Shown here one piece after another: positions 50,799 through 64,000 of a stretch of 64,000 nt of DNA. The stretch is taken from assembly GCF_006345805.1 (NCBI RefSeq), contig NC_043007.1, positions 56,606,001-56,670,000 on the forward strand, written 5' to 3'. Numbering within the stretch: position 1 is the stretch's first letter; each line of letters opens with the position of its first letter. Position numbers and translations under genes: made by a program. The stretch is from Octopus sinensis (Eukaryota). The notes under the pieces were generated by a model. That model searched no databases. It saw nothing but the letters and a program-made list of their open reading frames with translations, and was not told the DNA's origin.

Positions 50799-51333
50799 TA
50801 TATGAGTACAGGACGTCACAAACTGTAAACAACATGAAATACGAAAACAAATGAGTTGAATACGCAAACAACGAAAGAAACAAGTGGAAAACAGGACAAG
50901 TAATATAGGAACGACCCTTCATCAGTTGTCGGCTGTCCATGATATAATATTCATAAATATATTTCTACTGAAAAATACATTATAATATCAAATTGAAAAT
51001 TTTTTTAGGGGATGGGTGACTTAGAATCTAATTACTCGGGTAAAGCTAATTCAATTTAATTATCTTCTATTCTAAAATAATATAAACAAAATATATTTGT
51101 ATTTTATACTTAAAATTTATTTCTCCATTATCAAATTGTCAAGCAGTTAAATTTCTTGGGGGTGGTTAAAAAGGCTTATTTTTCAAAATACATTCACTAA
51201 AACAAAATATAAATTAATTTGCTTATTAACTTGGATTCATTCGGTTCTTAAATTTCAATTTTTATACATATTTTTTTAAAGTGGTAGATCAGTCTTTCGT
51301 TGGGTAATTTCAGCAGTGAACGAGTATCTAATA

Positions 51334-51593
51334 CAGTGGTTCCTAAACTTTTTCGGACTGCCTCCATCTTGGCACCCAGATTACATTCCAAGTGACCCTC
51401 CACCCCCTCCTCACTCACTCACCACCACAGCCATAGACCTTTTTCTGCTTCAACTTTAACCCATTATTTTGTTGTGTTTACATCCATCTCCACCTTTTGG
51501 CCACCACATTGTCGCCTCACTTTTCTTCAACGCTCCACTGGATCTTTCCACCACCCCGAGAAGGGCAGTACCGCCCATTTTGCTGAATCACTG
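51334..51593. mobile_element. hAT (Charlie-like) MITE, 260 bp, 8-bp TSD
   Basis: TIR cagtggttcctaaactt versus ttttgctgaatcactg; TSD atctaata (51326-51333) / gtctaata (51594-51601). Confidence 0.75.
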
Positions 51594-52103
51594 GTCTAAT
51601 ATTTAGAACTTTACACATATTGTTCAGTTTTCATCGGAAGTCGGTTGGAATGGAATTTTGCTAATTATATTCGCGTTACATTAATGATATTAGCACTGGT
51701 AATGGTACTGGTGTTATGGCAACAGCATTGATGGTATTCGTAGAAGCGGATCCGGTGGCGGTATAGAGCGTAGTACTGTGACTAGCGGCAGTTGTAACGA
51801 TAGATATGAAAACAGCTCTATGGTATTGACGATTTTAGCATAAAGGAAGTCTACAATAACCAGGAGAGAAACCTGTATTTTCTCCTTCCGCCGCATTCCA
51901 CTGAGCTCTAGGATTATCTCTGATTCATATCGTATTAAACAGAAAACTAATCTCTGGATAGTGCACCAGTACATCGCAAGTGACTTTTCTCACTTGGTAA
52001 TGCAAGATAACAGAACAATTAAGTTTACGTTTCTATGCTGGCTGTCGGGTAATATGATGTCGACTTACAGCAAAAAGGACTGGTCTGTTGAGAATTACTA
52101 TTG

Positions 52104-52313
52104 GTTTCAAATTTTGGCACAAAGCCAGCAAGTTCCAGAGCGGGGTAAGTCGATTACATTGATACTAGTGTTCAACTGGTACTTATTTTATCGACTCCTA
52201 AAGGATGAAATGCAAAGTCGACTTTGGTGGAATTCGAACTTAAAACGTAAAGACGGACGAAATGCCGCTAGGAATTTTGCCCGGCGAGATAACGATTCTG
52301 CCAGCTCACCGCC
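52104..52313 (-). mobile_element. SINE family 1 copy
   Basis: Reverse complement ggcggtgagctggcagaatcgttatctcgccgggc..aagttcgaattccaccaaagtcgactttgc. Confidence 0.88.
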
Positions 52314-52831
52314 TTTGTTGAGAATTAATGTTGATCAAGGACAAAAATACTATCATAGGTAGCTGATCTCCCCTGTCATCTTTCGCTACGAGATGATTGT
52401 GTAATCTAATAACAGCACATCACTTATTTGTATTTGTTGGAAACTTATCATTGTCGGTTATACGACACTTTCTTCAGGAACTTGAAAATCTTCACAGAAT
52501 TATTTTTTTAACACCACATATATATAATAAATGATGTTGTCTCGATTCGTCAAGAACTTAGCTTTCAGTCTATATTTTGACGGTTTGACAAATCGAGAAC
52601 AGACGGTACATCGCTCTTTCAATATGTCTTTAGTCTTTATTCACATCTTGCTCCATGACTCTGTTTGCAATGTAGGTTTATTCTTATGCAAACATACTCA
52701 CATGCGCATAGCCATAGCTCAAATGCATAGCAATACACACACATTCATAATAAAAGTACATGCACACAAGCACAAATTCATAAGGCAATCATGCACACAA
52801 AACCATACACTTACACTCACACACATACACA

Positions 52832-52870
<39 letters not shown>

Positions 52871-53216
52871 GCACTCCCAAGTACACGTTTATAACTTAAA
52901 AATCCGCCCCTCTCTCGCACACATACAAACACACATACACGCACACACGTATAGCGTCTGTAACACACACACCCACACACACAGGTACAAGAACAGAATA
53001 GAGGCATTCATTCACATACTCAAACACATGCAATACGTTTGTGTATGGGATTGGTGGAGAATGTAAAACAAGAGAAAGTTAAGGGTGAAGGGTAACTGGT
53101 GGGAAAACAATGGAGGCGATGAAGAGGGGAGAAAAGAAGCGTGTGTCTGTGTGTGTGAGACAGAGAGAGAGAGAAAGAGAGACAGACAGACAGAGACAGA
53201 GAAGGCAGACAGAGAT

Positions 53217-53272
<56 letters not shown>

Positions 53273-53369
53273 GAGCTAGAGAAAAGAAAGATTGAAATTA
53301 CAACTTCGCATGGCTGTCTACTGGTTTCGCCAATACAAATCAACTCACCGATACCACCATTAATGCCAT

Positions 53370-54400
53370 TACATCATCATAACAAACAACATCACCACTG
53401 CTACTAATACCATTATTATGATCCCTACCATTACTACCACTACTATCCCATCAAACTATACCACTTTCACTACCATCATTACCACCATTACCACCACCCC
53501 GGCAAATACCGTCACAACCACCCCACCATTAGAGCCATCGCACTCCCTATTACCAACGTACATTCGTTATACCCCAACCTTCTACGCTGTAACTACTACC
53601 ACCGTCACCACACTAATCCCAAAACATAAAAAATCCATAAGTATACCATCGTCGCAACATCATTTCTACCACTTTACTATCACTGCCACTACTAAAGCAA
53701 CCATCGTTAGCAAAGCCATTATAACGATACTGCTCCACCATTACTACCATTTTCCCCACCACTACCATCACCACCACCACCACCACTGCCACAGCCGCCA
53801 CGACCATCAGAACCGCTGCCACCAGCACCACCACCATCAAAACCGTCGCCACCACCGCCACCACCACTACCGCTATTACTATCTCCACCAATGCTGCTGC
53901 CGCCGCCGCCACCACCACAGTCACCACCAACACCACCACAACCACCATCACCACCACCACCACCACCACCACTACAACTACTACTACTACTACTACTACT
54001 ACTACATTACTGTATTTTTCTGTTTACTCAGCTGTTTCCCCTACTAGCAATATATTTTTTCACATTTCACCCACCTCCTCAACCACCCTGACCACTATCA
54101 CCACAACCACTACCACTACTACGATCACCTCCACCGCCACCACAACCACGACACCTAACCCACTACCAACACCTCCAACAAACAACACCTACGACCTCCG
54201 CTATCCCCAACCACTTTTACATCCATCTTTTACATCCACCACCATCTGTCTCTACAGTCCCCATCATTTCTTCGACCTCCAAATGTATCCTACTGCTACT
54301 ACTACCACCACCACCAACACTACTTCTACTACCACCAATTCCAGATTCATGACCACCACCAACACCAACTCCTCCTCACCTTCCCTAGAAATCCTCTTCT
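53370..54400. repeat. Cryptic (ACC/ACT/ATC)-based low-complexity field
   Basis: Degenerate triplet repeats; Thr/His/Pro-rich translations in all frames. Confidence 0.85.
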
Positions 54401-54576
54401 CCTCCTACACTGATTCTGCCATCACTGCCCCTCTCCTACTCATCATTTTCTTCCTCCTCTTTCGTTTACCGACTCCAAACATTCCCATGAAAACAACGCA
54501 AGATTGTGCGTGTGTGTGTGTGAGTGTGTGTGGATGTGTGTGTGTGTGCGTGTGTGTATGTTTGTGTATATATATG

Positions 54577-54615
<39 letters not shown>

Positions 54616-54855
54616 ATATGGATGGATGGATGGATGGATGAATTCTTATATCTCGCGGCTTGAGTTTCTCGTAACTACGAACGAACTTCATGCGAGGACG
54701 GTCTTCTTTTGGAATTAGGATTAGTTTTGCGTACATCGGAGCAACTTCATTGTTTTGTCTAAACCCATCGCTTTAATTGGCTGGTTTCTAATGTCCTTGT
54801 ATTAAGGCGTTGTCAATCGTTGTCGTTTCCTATGCCAATGTGTTGTTTCTGCGGA

Positions 54856-55233
54856 GGGTGGTGACCTGGCAGAATCGTTAGCACGCCGGGCAAAATGCTT
54901 AGCGGTATTTCGTCTGCCGCTACGTTCTGAGGTCGACTTTGCCTTTCATCCTTTCGGGGTCGATTAAATAAGTACCAGTTACGCACTGGGGTCGATATAA
55001 TCGACTTAATCCGTTTGTTTGTCCTTGTTCGTCACCTCTGTGTTTAGCCCCTTGTGGGTACATGTGCCGTTACGTTCCGAGTTCAAACTCCGCCGAGGTC
55101 GACTTTGCCTTTTATCCTTTCGGGGTCGATTAAATAAGTGCCAATTACGTACTGGGGTCGATATAATCGACTTAACTTTGTCTGTCCTTGTTTGTCCCCT
55201 CTATGTTTAGCCCCCTGTGGGCAATAAAGAAAT
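54856..55233 (+). mobile_element. SINE family 1, tandem dimer (two tail A units)
   Basis: Two cores gaggtcgactttgccttt..cctttcggggtcgattaaataag, each followed by tail A. Confidence 0.88.
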
Positions 55234-55719
55234 AAATGTGTTGTTTCTTCGGTTCTTTTTTCTTTTCCATTGATCGACTTTGCTGTTGGTTATCTGTATA
55301 TCACTTCACATTGGGCAGTTCAGTATTTTTTCTGTATATTTTACTTATCAATTGAGTAGACACATCCTGTTTTGCTAAGCTATGTCTTGTTTTGCTCGAA
55401 TTGTTTATTTATCACTTAGTTATTGGCCGGTTTAGTAGCTGTCTTTGATTAAGTCACTCATCTCTTATTTAGCTAACAAATGTTGCCGTTGTGTCTTCTT
55501 CATAAATTTGTTAATTTATATCTGAAGTCTCTGAAAGATGTTTTTGACATTCTATAAGAATTGCATTTTATATCTGATGTCTGATGCTTGATGTCACTTA
55601 ACTGTCATTTTTAACCCTGGGTTAATTTGTTTTATTATTCCAATGGTCCTGACATTTTGTGCCTCCCGTTCGAGTTCCGTTGTTTTATCATCGGATGTTT
55701 ACGGTTCAGAGAAGTTTTT

Positions 55720-55830
55720 AAAAGCAATTTATTCTGGTGTCTGCAACATTTCATTATTTCACTCCTTATGTTGAGTAAGGAAATTAAGTGCATGGTTATG
55801 TAATGCTTTTGGACTATTAGAAATAGAAAG
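55720..55830 (-). mobile_element. Penelope-like ORF C-terminal fragment
   Basis: SLLNIRSEIMKCCRHQNKLLL resembles the LLNKRSE..CRH.NK terminus of PLE GIY-YIG domains. Confidence 0.55.
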
Positions 55831-56089
55831 AAAAGTTTATCCATTAAACTATGAAGAATTAATATTTATTAGGAACCCATTGTTATTCGAAGTTTAACAC
55901 TCACAAAATACATGCGCAATCACTCGAACAATATATAGTATACATAAAGGTGATAAACTGATTCTCTTTGATTAATGACAGTCACTTCTCCAAGATTTTG
56001 AACTGTATATAGAAGACAACCATACAGACTCGTACATGAATAGCCACGTTATATACAAATCTATAAAGGATTTAAAGACGTATTTAAAG

Positions 56090-56350
56090 AGTATAAAGGA
56101 TTTAAAGAAATATTTTAAGAGTATAACTTAAATCCAACCATTAACACTAACTTAACGATAACCAACCATACTTGATTTAAGATACAGGCTAAAATAAACT
56201 ACATTTAAAATACACTTCACATACGGATATAGGATACACAGCCAGAAAAATTTCAACCACCGTTATCCTTAATTAAAAATCTTATAGCCAAGTTAAAACA
56301 TTGTCTTTCTGAAATAGTGATACAACATATCTATAAAACCCGCTGAATTA
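56090..56350 (+). mobile_element. Highly degenerate Penelope-like RT fragment
   Basis: FKEIF.EYNLNPTINTNLTITN..LDL resembles the PLE RT 'L.ITIE.NL...FLD' region; 30-bp internal tandem duplication at ~56061-56122. Confidence 0.35.
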
Positions 56351-56779
56351 CAAGTTACTTACTGCTGACATGTTTGAAAATGCTGTGACCAACAGTTACA
56401 TTCATTTAGATCATAGAACAGAAAATTCTATATATCTGTCCTAGTTTATCTGAAAACTCAGCAGCCAAAATTACGAATGCCCTCCAGTAACATGAAACAT
56501 CGTCGATGAAGCTAGTCTGCACTTCAAATGAATTCAAAACTAGAGGATGTGCTCCAAATATCAAAGGATCCATCAAAGTCACCTTACTGGTTGTGAGATA
56601 TATAGTCTAGTTGCCGTGATGGGAGGAATGTCCTGCTGAACAGTTTGCTGACGTCTGAAAGAACTAAGCAGTTGCTTGTTGGTGGCAATAAGCTTGGATT
56701 AGATAAATTCCATTTCTCCATTACCTTTACCGTATAGGAGGGCAGAAGCTATATTTTCGACCTGGTGCATATTAGACCA

Positions 56780-57745
56780 CGTAACAAAACTCAGTGAGTG
56801 TACATATCTTTACTTCTTTGTCCCAAACAACAATATCCGGTCTGTTATGCTTACATTTGACAGAGGTTTTGATGGGAATATTCCGCCAGTATTCTTTGAG
56901 TTGGTGTTTATGAATGTATTTCATGATAGAGGGATAGATTTTCTACGTTTATCTCAGGAGATACTTTTTTGCGGATGGCATGTGCTGCATGCTGAGGTAG
57001 TACCGTGTGACATTTTAGTACAGCTGCTAATCACATGCATGGTGTCTTCTACAGAAACATGACATGCGCTACACATCCGGTTGCACCTTAGGATTACAAG
57101 AGCGTCACTGTCTCTCTTGTTCACCAGATACTTTGTAGCAATCTCCTGTTCCTGGATTGCAAGCGCATAGCCTCTAAAGTGTAATGTGATGTAGTGGTCT
57201 TGTGTCCAAGGGAGGCTGCGTTTCCAGTCAATTCTACTGTCTTCTTCAAGCTTCCAGGCAACATACCCATGAACAGTCTTCTTTTTCTATGCTGATTGCT
57301 TTTCCACCCAGAGATTCTCTGAGGTAAGTGGGGCCTAGCTGTTTTGAGGCTGTATAGATCATTAGGAAGAGAATGTTTCTTGAGGAGTTTACTGCCAACT
57401 CGTACAATGTTATTCACTTCACTTTTCAGCATTGCATTCGTATATTTATTTTTGCTGCTGTGTTTAGCAGGTGCTGCCTGAATGATATCATACAGCATTC
57501 GAAATCCATCTGCACTGATCTCAGGCCTCTACCATCTTTATTTCTTCTTAGGTAGAGCCTGTCAACATCACTGTTTTAGTGGAAGTTCCCAGTTGTAGTC
57601 AGGATTTTGCAGGTTTTGATATCTATGGAGTGAATTTCCTCAACAATCCAATCAAATATCCCAAATATTTTGATCAGCACTGGTACTGGAATTGCATTGT
57701 GGGATATTGTTTTGTTGTAAGAGGAGAGTTCAGACTGCCTATGAA
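56780..57745 (-). mobile_element. RLE-type LINE, second copy of the 19050-20490 family
   Basis: ELSSYNKTISHNAIPVPVL..FGIFDWIVEEI..IDIKTCKILTTTGNFH.NSDVDRLYLRR; GYALAIQEQEIATKYLVNKR; CSACHVSVEDTMHVISSC (CCHC-type knuckle); KEVKICTL. Confidence 0.85.
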
Positions 57746-58015
57746 TGTATGTATGTATGTATGTATGTATGTATGTATGTATGTATGTATGTATGTATGT
57801 ATGTATGTATGTATGTATGTATGTGTGTATGTATGTATGTATGTATGTATGTATGTATGTATGTATGTATGTATGTATGTATGTATGTATGTATGTATGC
57901 ATGTATGTATGTACGTATGTACGTATGTGTGTATGTATGTATGTATGTATGTATGCATGTATGTATGTATGTATGTATGTATGTATGTATGTATGTATGT
58001 ATGTATGTATGTATG
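57745..58015. repeat. Long (TATG)n microsatellite
   Basis: Direct reading. Confidence 0.97.
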
Positions 58016-58744
58016 AAGTGAAAATTAAAGTGAGGAATGGAAGCGATATATACAAACAAAAAGTACGCGTGGAGCACTTTCGAGAGCCATGAAAACCAGA
58101 ATCAACATTTTATGAAGCTGCCATCTTTATATTAATTTTAGAGCGCTGGACAAAATGCGGAGTGGTATTTCATCCACTTCATTTGGTTCTGAGTTCAAAT
58201 TCCATCAAGGTCGACTTTCCTTTTCATCCTTCCGAGGTCGATAAAATAAGTGCCAGTTAAATACTGGGTTCGATGTAATCGACTTAATGATCTTATGTAT
58301 TTTATTCACATACTCATTTGCTCATTCACGCATGCACGCACATATATACATATTTTTTGCATTTCTAAGCATATGTCTCTATGCATACATGTATACATGT
58401 GTATATACACACAAACGTGTACACATACACAAGCACACAACACACATACAAGCACACGCACACAAACATACACGCAAACACACACATACACGCATGCAAT
58501 CATACTTAAAGCAGATATATTGTTGAATGCCTACTAAGCTGCGTTATTTGTCTCGAGAAAGCATATGTTATAGAGGTATAACATTGGGAAAAACTCAGAT
58601 GTCTGTAAGAGATACTTTCTCGAGATAAGCAGGCTTTCAAAGACGCTTTTTCTTTAAGTATGATATAAAGATTGCTATTTTGAACTGATACTGCTTTCAT
58701 CGCTAATAACGCAGATAAGGTGAGTGTGTGTATGTGTTTGTGTG

Positions 58745-58776
<32 letters not shown>

Positions 58777-59179
58777 TGTATGTATGTATGTATATATATA
58801 TAGAGAGAGAGATGGGGAGAAGAGATATCTATATTTATATACACCCTCACTCGTGTGTATATGTATGTGTCTACGTGTATATACACCATACACGTACATC
58901 TCTCCGTCTAATTTTCTCAGTCACATTCTCTCTTCCTCTCTCGTTACCACAAACGTCTCCATAATCAGGTGACACACCTCTCACATGCGACGCTATCACT
59001 TTGCCTGCCAAAATGAAATGGTTTAACTTAAAATATGAAAAACGACAGCAAATTCTTACAGATTTGACTGAACATTCCTATAATTTTATCGTTTTCCCAC
59101 TGCCACCCTTTTCTTCCTTTTTGCCACCCTTTCTTTCTTTGTTCCTTTGTTTTCACCTCTTTGTTTCTCCCCCCCTTCT

Positions 59180-59214
<35 letters not shown>

Positions 59215-59534
59215 TACTCTCTCTTTCTCCCTCTCTCTCTCTCTCTCTACCTTTTTTCATTCTGCGACATCAGTCACTTGCCAAGCGGAAGAAATAACTG
59301 TTTCAATGAATGAATAACTATCAACACAACAATGTTAACAATGATAAGAAATAAAACAAAAAGAAAAGAAAAGAAGCTATAACAATAAGGACTACAACAG
59401 CACTAATAAATACGACAGCGATGACGACGATGTATCAAAAGACGACAACAACCACCCCGTACCCCACTGAAACAAAAACAAAAGACAAAATAAAATTGAA
59501 TACCGAACATTACTGCAAATAACCAAGCCTACGC

Positions 59535-59577
<43 letters not shown>

Positions 59578-60271
59578 ACACAAGTACATATATAGGATGA
59601 ATTTATGAATTTATGAATATGTAAATGCCGTATATCTATGCATGCATGTATGCGTTTATAAGTATATGTGTATGCAAGCACATTAGACAATAAGTACTCT
59701 AGAAATTACGATGGAATACTATCATTAAGAAAAAATGTTAAGTTTATATTTTTTCTCTCTCTTTCCCTTTGCTCGTTCGTGCTTGTTTTTACTCTTGTTT
59801 AGTCTTTTGTTTTTCTCTTTTTTTTTGTTAAACTCTCACACCCTGCCACTATCACCAGCATCATATCCATCCATAACATCGTGTTCTATTAGGAGGCTGG
59901 TAAGAAGGCACTTACATCCGCTAGAGCTTCGAAATTCCACGAAATGTTTTTTTCGAAGATAGGCCATTTTGAATGCTAGCTTATGAAGGAAACATTTATT
60001 AAATAAGTAAAAGTATTAAAGGAAAAGGAAAACCCCAAAGCATCTTACCCTTTACTTACTCAACCAGCTTTGATTTTTGAAGCAGGTGGACCTTCCATGA
60101 TTATTAAATAATTTTTGACTGGCGAGAAATAGCAGCCAAATCACTCACAAATTACACTCACTAGTGATTTCAAAGAAGAATATATTGAGCAATATAGTCC
60201 AAGATATATTCATAGTCGGAACACCATTGATCAAAAGTTGGATCAATTAGAGTTGACCAATAGCTAAACAG

Positions 60272-60505
60272 TGGAGGTGCGTAGCTTAGTGGTTAGGGTG
60301 TCAGTATCATGATCGTAAGATTGTGGTTTCGATTTCTGGACAGGGCGACGCGTTGTGTTCTTGAGCAAAACACTTCATTTCACGTTGCTCCAGTCCACTC
60401 AGCTGGCAGAAATGAGTAACGCTGCGATGGACTGGCATCTCGTCCAGCTGGGGAACACATACACCATTGAAACCGGGAAACCGGGCCCATGAACCTGGCA
60501 AGGCA
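60272..60505 (+). mobile_element. SINE family 3 (tRNA-like head), near full length
   Basis: ggaggtgcgtagcttagtggttagggtg (A-box-like) ..ggtttcgatttctgga (B-box-like) ..gcgttgtgttcttgagcaaaacacttcatttcacgttgctccagtccactcagctgg. Confidence 0.85.
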
Positions 60506-60782
60506 AGGGCGCATTTTTTAAATTTTTCTATGGCTAAACAACAAATGTTCTTTTAATATGCTACTGTTTATCATCCCATAAATGCCCGACATCACCGATT
60601 GATATTTTATTATAGAACAGCAAATGCCATCCATTGATGTTTCAAAAGTTTTATATGCATACGGCTATTCTCAGAGGAAAGTGAATATTTTACGGCACTT
60701 TGCGATAATGAGATTGTAAATTTCAATTTGCAAGAAACTAACAATTATTCTAGATTCTGTACTTAAAGTGCAAATAAGTGTA

Positions 60783-61988
60783 CGGGTGTCTGCTGAAATG
60801 TTCATAGGCTGAGCAAATGCACTGTGACCAAATACTCTTCTTCTAACAGTGTTGCAGTGCCTGGATCCTATTGGTGAAAACGCTTTCGTCCTGTTGGTAA
60901 AAAAGTCTTCAACAGTAGGTATGACGTCATCATCACTGCGATATTGGTTCCCTGCAAAGTGTTGGAGAACAGATGATTTCAGATGGAGCAAATCAGGAGA
61001 ATAAGGAGGGTGATCTAAGTTCAAAGTCACAATGACACATAGCAACAATTGAAAGCAAGGATTTGTGTGCTGGAGCATTGTCCTGATGAAACAATACTCC
61101 TTACATTAGTTTTCCTGGTCGTTTGGTCTTGATAGCCTTTCGTAACTGCCTCGGCAAGTTTGCATAGTAATCTCTATTGATAGTGTGGCTCTTTTGAGGA
61201 TAGTCAATAAACACAATGCTTTTTGCATCCCCAAACACTGAAGTTATCACCTTCCCGCCAAATGAAATGATCTTGGCCTTCTTTGGAGCAGGTGGGGAGT
61301 GGTGTTTCCGCTGCATGGATTGTCTCTTTGACTGGCTCAAAATGATCAACCCGACATTCATCTTGGCTTAGAAAACATTCAAGGAAACCAGTTGGATCTG
61401 CTGAAACAATGCCAGATTTTCTCGTGATGTGATCATCCTGGTGCGCTTGTGATCAGGTGTCATAAGACATGGCACTCACCGAGCAGAAACCTTCATCATG
61501 CCAAGTTCATTGTGCAGAATATTCTCAAGTCTCTCACGGGGGTACGATAATTGAATTAGCTATTTAATTTATAGTCAATAATCTGTCATTTATCAGCATG
61601 TAATGAACACAGTCAATGTTTTTCTTAGTGGTGCACTTTCAGGACGTCATCTTGGGTCATCTTCAAGACTTCCTTTCCTTCCTAAATTCAGCTGCCCACT
61701 TTTGCACTATTGATAAGTTTCGAGCGTCGTCCTCTAATGTAGCAACCATGGCAGCATGAATGCTCTTGGGGGCAAGTACTTGATAACATCACGATGTCAA
61801 AGTTTGTCCACTCTCAATAGGAGACGCCACTTGTTACTACTGAAGTCTTCTTTGGACAGTCAAATGAAAGCTTCCCAGAAAAGAACAACAACGCAGTTAT
61901 TAGTAAGACGGTTTGAATTTAATGCTAGAGTTTACGCCCCCAGCATCACTCGTTCATTGTCAGCCTATGAACTCCTCAGTCCTCCTCG
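60783..61988 (-). mobile_element. Older irritans-like mariner, 1206 bp, degenerate TIRs, TA TSD
   Basis: Ends TA|cgggtgtctgctgaaatgttcataggctga and reverse complement TA|cgaggaggactgaggagttcataggctga. Peptides VQKWAAEF..LEDDPR, KVSAR*VP, KVITSVFGDAKSIVFIDY, LDHPPYSPDL. Confidence 0.88.
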
Positions 61989-62273
61989 TATAAAACACCC
62001 CTAAGAAAAAGTGATAGTTGTTTTTTTTTTGGGGGGGGGGGGTTCCCATTCGGCAGACACTTTCATGCAACCCTTTCCCGCCGTTTAAGGGTTGAAAATA
62101 GCAATTTTTGTTTTGGTTTTGGAACAATTACAATCGTGAATCAAAAATATATAAATATGGATATGTAACTGTTAAAGATGACTTTGAAAACAACCCAAAA
62201 TATGAGGGCAAGATCTTACACAGACACACACACACACACACACGCACACACAAACAGACACACACACAGAAAT

Positions 62274-62347
<74 letters not shown>

Positions 62348-62371
62348 GATATAATTATACAAATTAAATAA

Positions 62372-62429
<58 letters not shown>

Positions 62430-62493
62430 ACACTCACGTACATACATACACACATATATTCGTACACATACACACACGTACGGGCGCACATAC

Positions 62494-62528
<35 letters not shown>

Positions 62529-62754
62529 TATTGATAAATAGCTAGACAGATAGATAAATAGATAGATTCATATATATATATATATATCAACATACATATA
62601 TTCGTACACACATACGCACACAGGTACGCACGAGCACACACACACATACACACACACACATGTATATTGTGTGGTGTTTACCAAACTATCGGATGTTGTT
62701 ATATACTGCCGTCAATACGCGCTTCGCATTGTTTAAGTTTTCGAATGATGCCAC

Positions 62755-62970
62755 TCCGCTGGCTAGGCGGGCAGACAGACATTGCCCCTGAACAGAACGG
62801 CAGTCCATCACAGGGTTACCATCCATTTACAGCTGAGTGAACTGAAACAGCATGAAATGAAGTGTTTTGTTCAAGACCACAACGCACTGCCGGTTTGGGA
62901 GTCGAAACTACGATCTTGCGATCGCGACCGCAACAAGCTTACCACTATCCCACGCGACTTTGCACACACA
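62755..62970 (-). mobile_element. SINE family 3 copy
   Basis: Reverse complement homologous to 60272-60505 (gtgcgttgtggtcttgaacaaaacacttcatttcatgctgtttcagttcactcagctg). Confidence 0.75.
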
Positions 62971-63171
62971 AACACACGCGCGCGCGCATGTTTGTTATTT
63001 GTGTGTGTGTTATATTCTTTTTCCATTTCCTTCCTGTATTACCTGTGTGTGTAAAATCAGTTGATGTATCTTTCTAACGAACCTTTCTGCTTTGTCCAAT
63101 GATGAATGGTTCACACGGTATATACATACATATATATGTCTGTGTGTGTATGTATGAATGTATGTATGTAT

Positions 63172-63225
<54 letters not shown>

Positions 63226-63455
63226 GTATATCCATCAGAAATACCAGCGTACCAAAGAAAATGTTAAGCGTATATGTGTATGTATGATAAAGAATGTATG
63301 TGTGCATGTAGGTAAGTACTTACACGTATATATACATATTTATATATAAATACACGTACGTCATAAATCATAAATATGTTAATATATTCATATATGTATA
63401 TATATATATATATACATATATATACGCATATATCTATCTTTCTGTCTCTTTCTCA

Positions 63456-63497
<42 letters not shown>

Positions 63498-63749
63498 GTA
63501 TACACACACACACACGCACACACAAGTCAGTGTACATTCGTATTAATGCGTATAACAAATATTTTAAACCTGTTCATAACTACTTCAAAATCATAAGAGT
63601 AAATTCAATAATAATCTTTTTTATAATAATTATTATTACGAGTGTTGTATCTGCTGCTTGAGCTGCTGTTTTTCATCGTCCTCGTCATTTTATTTATTTT
63701 TGTAATGTTTTTTGGGTTTTTTTAAGTTTCGCCTTCTCTCCGTCCCCTT

Positions 63750-63771
63750 ATCATCATCATCATCGTCGTCG

Positions 63772-63803
<32 letters not shown>

Positions 63804-63818
63804 ATCATCATCATCATT

Positions 63819-63849
<31 letters not shown>

Positions 63850-64000
63850 CCAACATCATCAATAACAACAACATTCCTCCTATTATCAATATCACATTTA
63901 TCACTCCTTCCACCTTTACCATAGTCATTATCATCATCATCATCATCGTCATCGTCATCATCATCGTCATCGTCATCATCATCGTCATCGTCATCATCAT
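63750..64000. repeat. (TCA/TCG)n triplet repeat running off the window end
   Basis: Direct reading. Confidence 0.95.

Noticed and set aside
53418-54047. 209-aa Thr/His/Tyr-rich ORF resembling a mucin or His-rich protein
   Set aside because: Derived from a degenerate ACC/ACT/ATC triplet field; all frames give low-complexity peptides; no splice or domain evidence.
60272-60345. tRNA gene
   Set aside because: A/B-box-like head continues into a repeated SINE body and lacks a proper cloverleaf; it is a SINE head.

Overview
AT-rich, microsatellite-saturated eukaryotic DNA with no prokaryotic features (no operons, rRNA/tRNA genes or CRISPR). The short-repeat complement (tRNA-head SINEs containing 'gagttcaaattccgccgaggtcgactttgcctttcatcctttcggggtcgataa') matches what I recall from octopod cephalopod genomes; this taxonomic call is inference. 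Almost all ORF-track entries are spurious translations of (TA)n/(CA)n/(CATA)n/(GATA)n or triplet repeats. The recognisable coding remnants are all transposon-derived: three full-length or near-full-length but dead mariner elements with TIRs and TA TSDs; an RTE-clade LINE; three RLE-type (R4/NeSL-like) LINE fragments; a CR1/L2-like 3' end; a Neptune-like Penelope element (RT + GIY-YIG) with a hammerhead-bearing pLTR; an internally deleted Helitron; and several MITEs, foldbacks and SINEs. No host gene could be identified, although a few short segments have good splice signals and may be exons of a long-intron gene. The most striking non-obvious signal is the number of hammerhead-ribozyme (HHR) motifs from apparently unrelated families. 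The best is a fully canonical type I HHR at 16251-16295. It sits in a long G.U-rich rod inside a ~280-bp non-coding insert flanked by a 14-bp direct repeat, which makes it a retrozyme-like candidate. Three microsatellite-bounded tandem duplications (180, 215 and 1099 bp) are also present.
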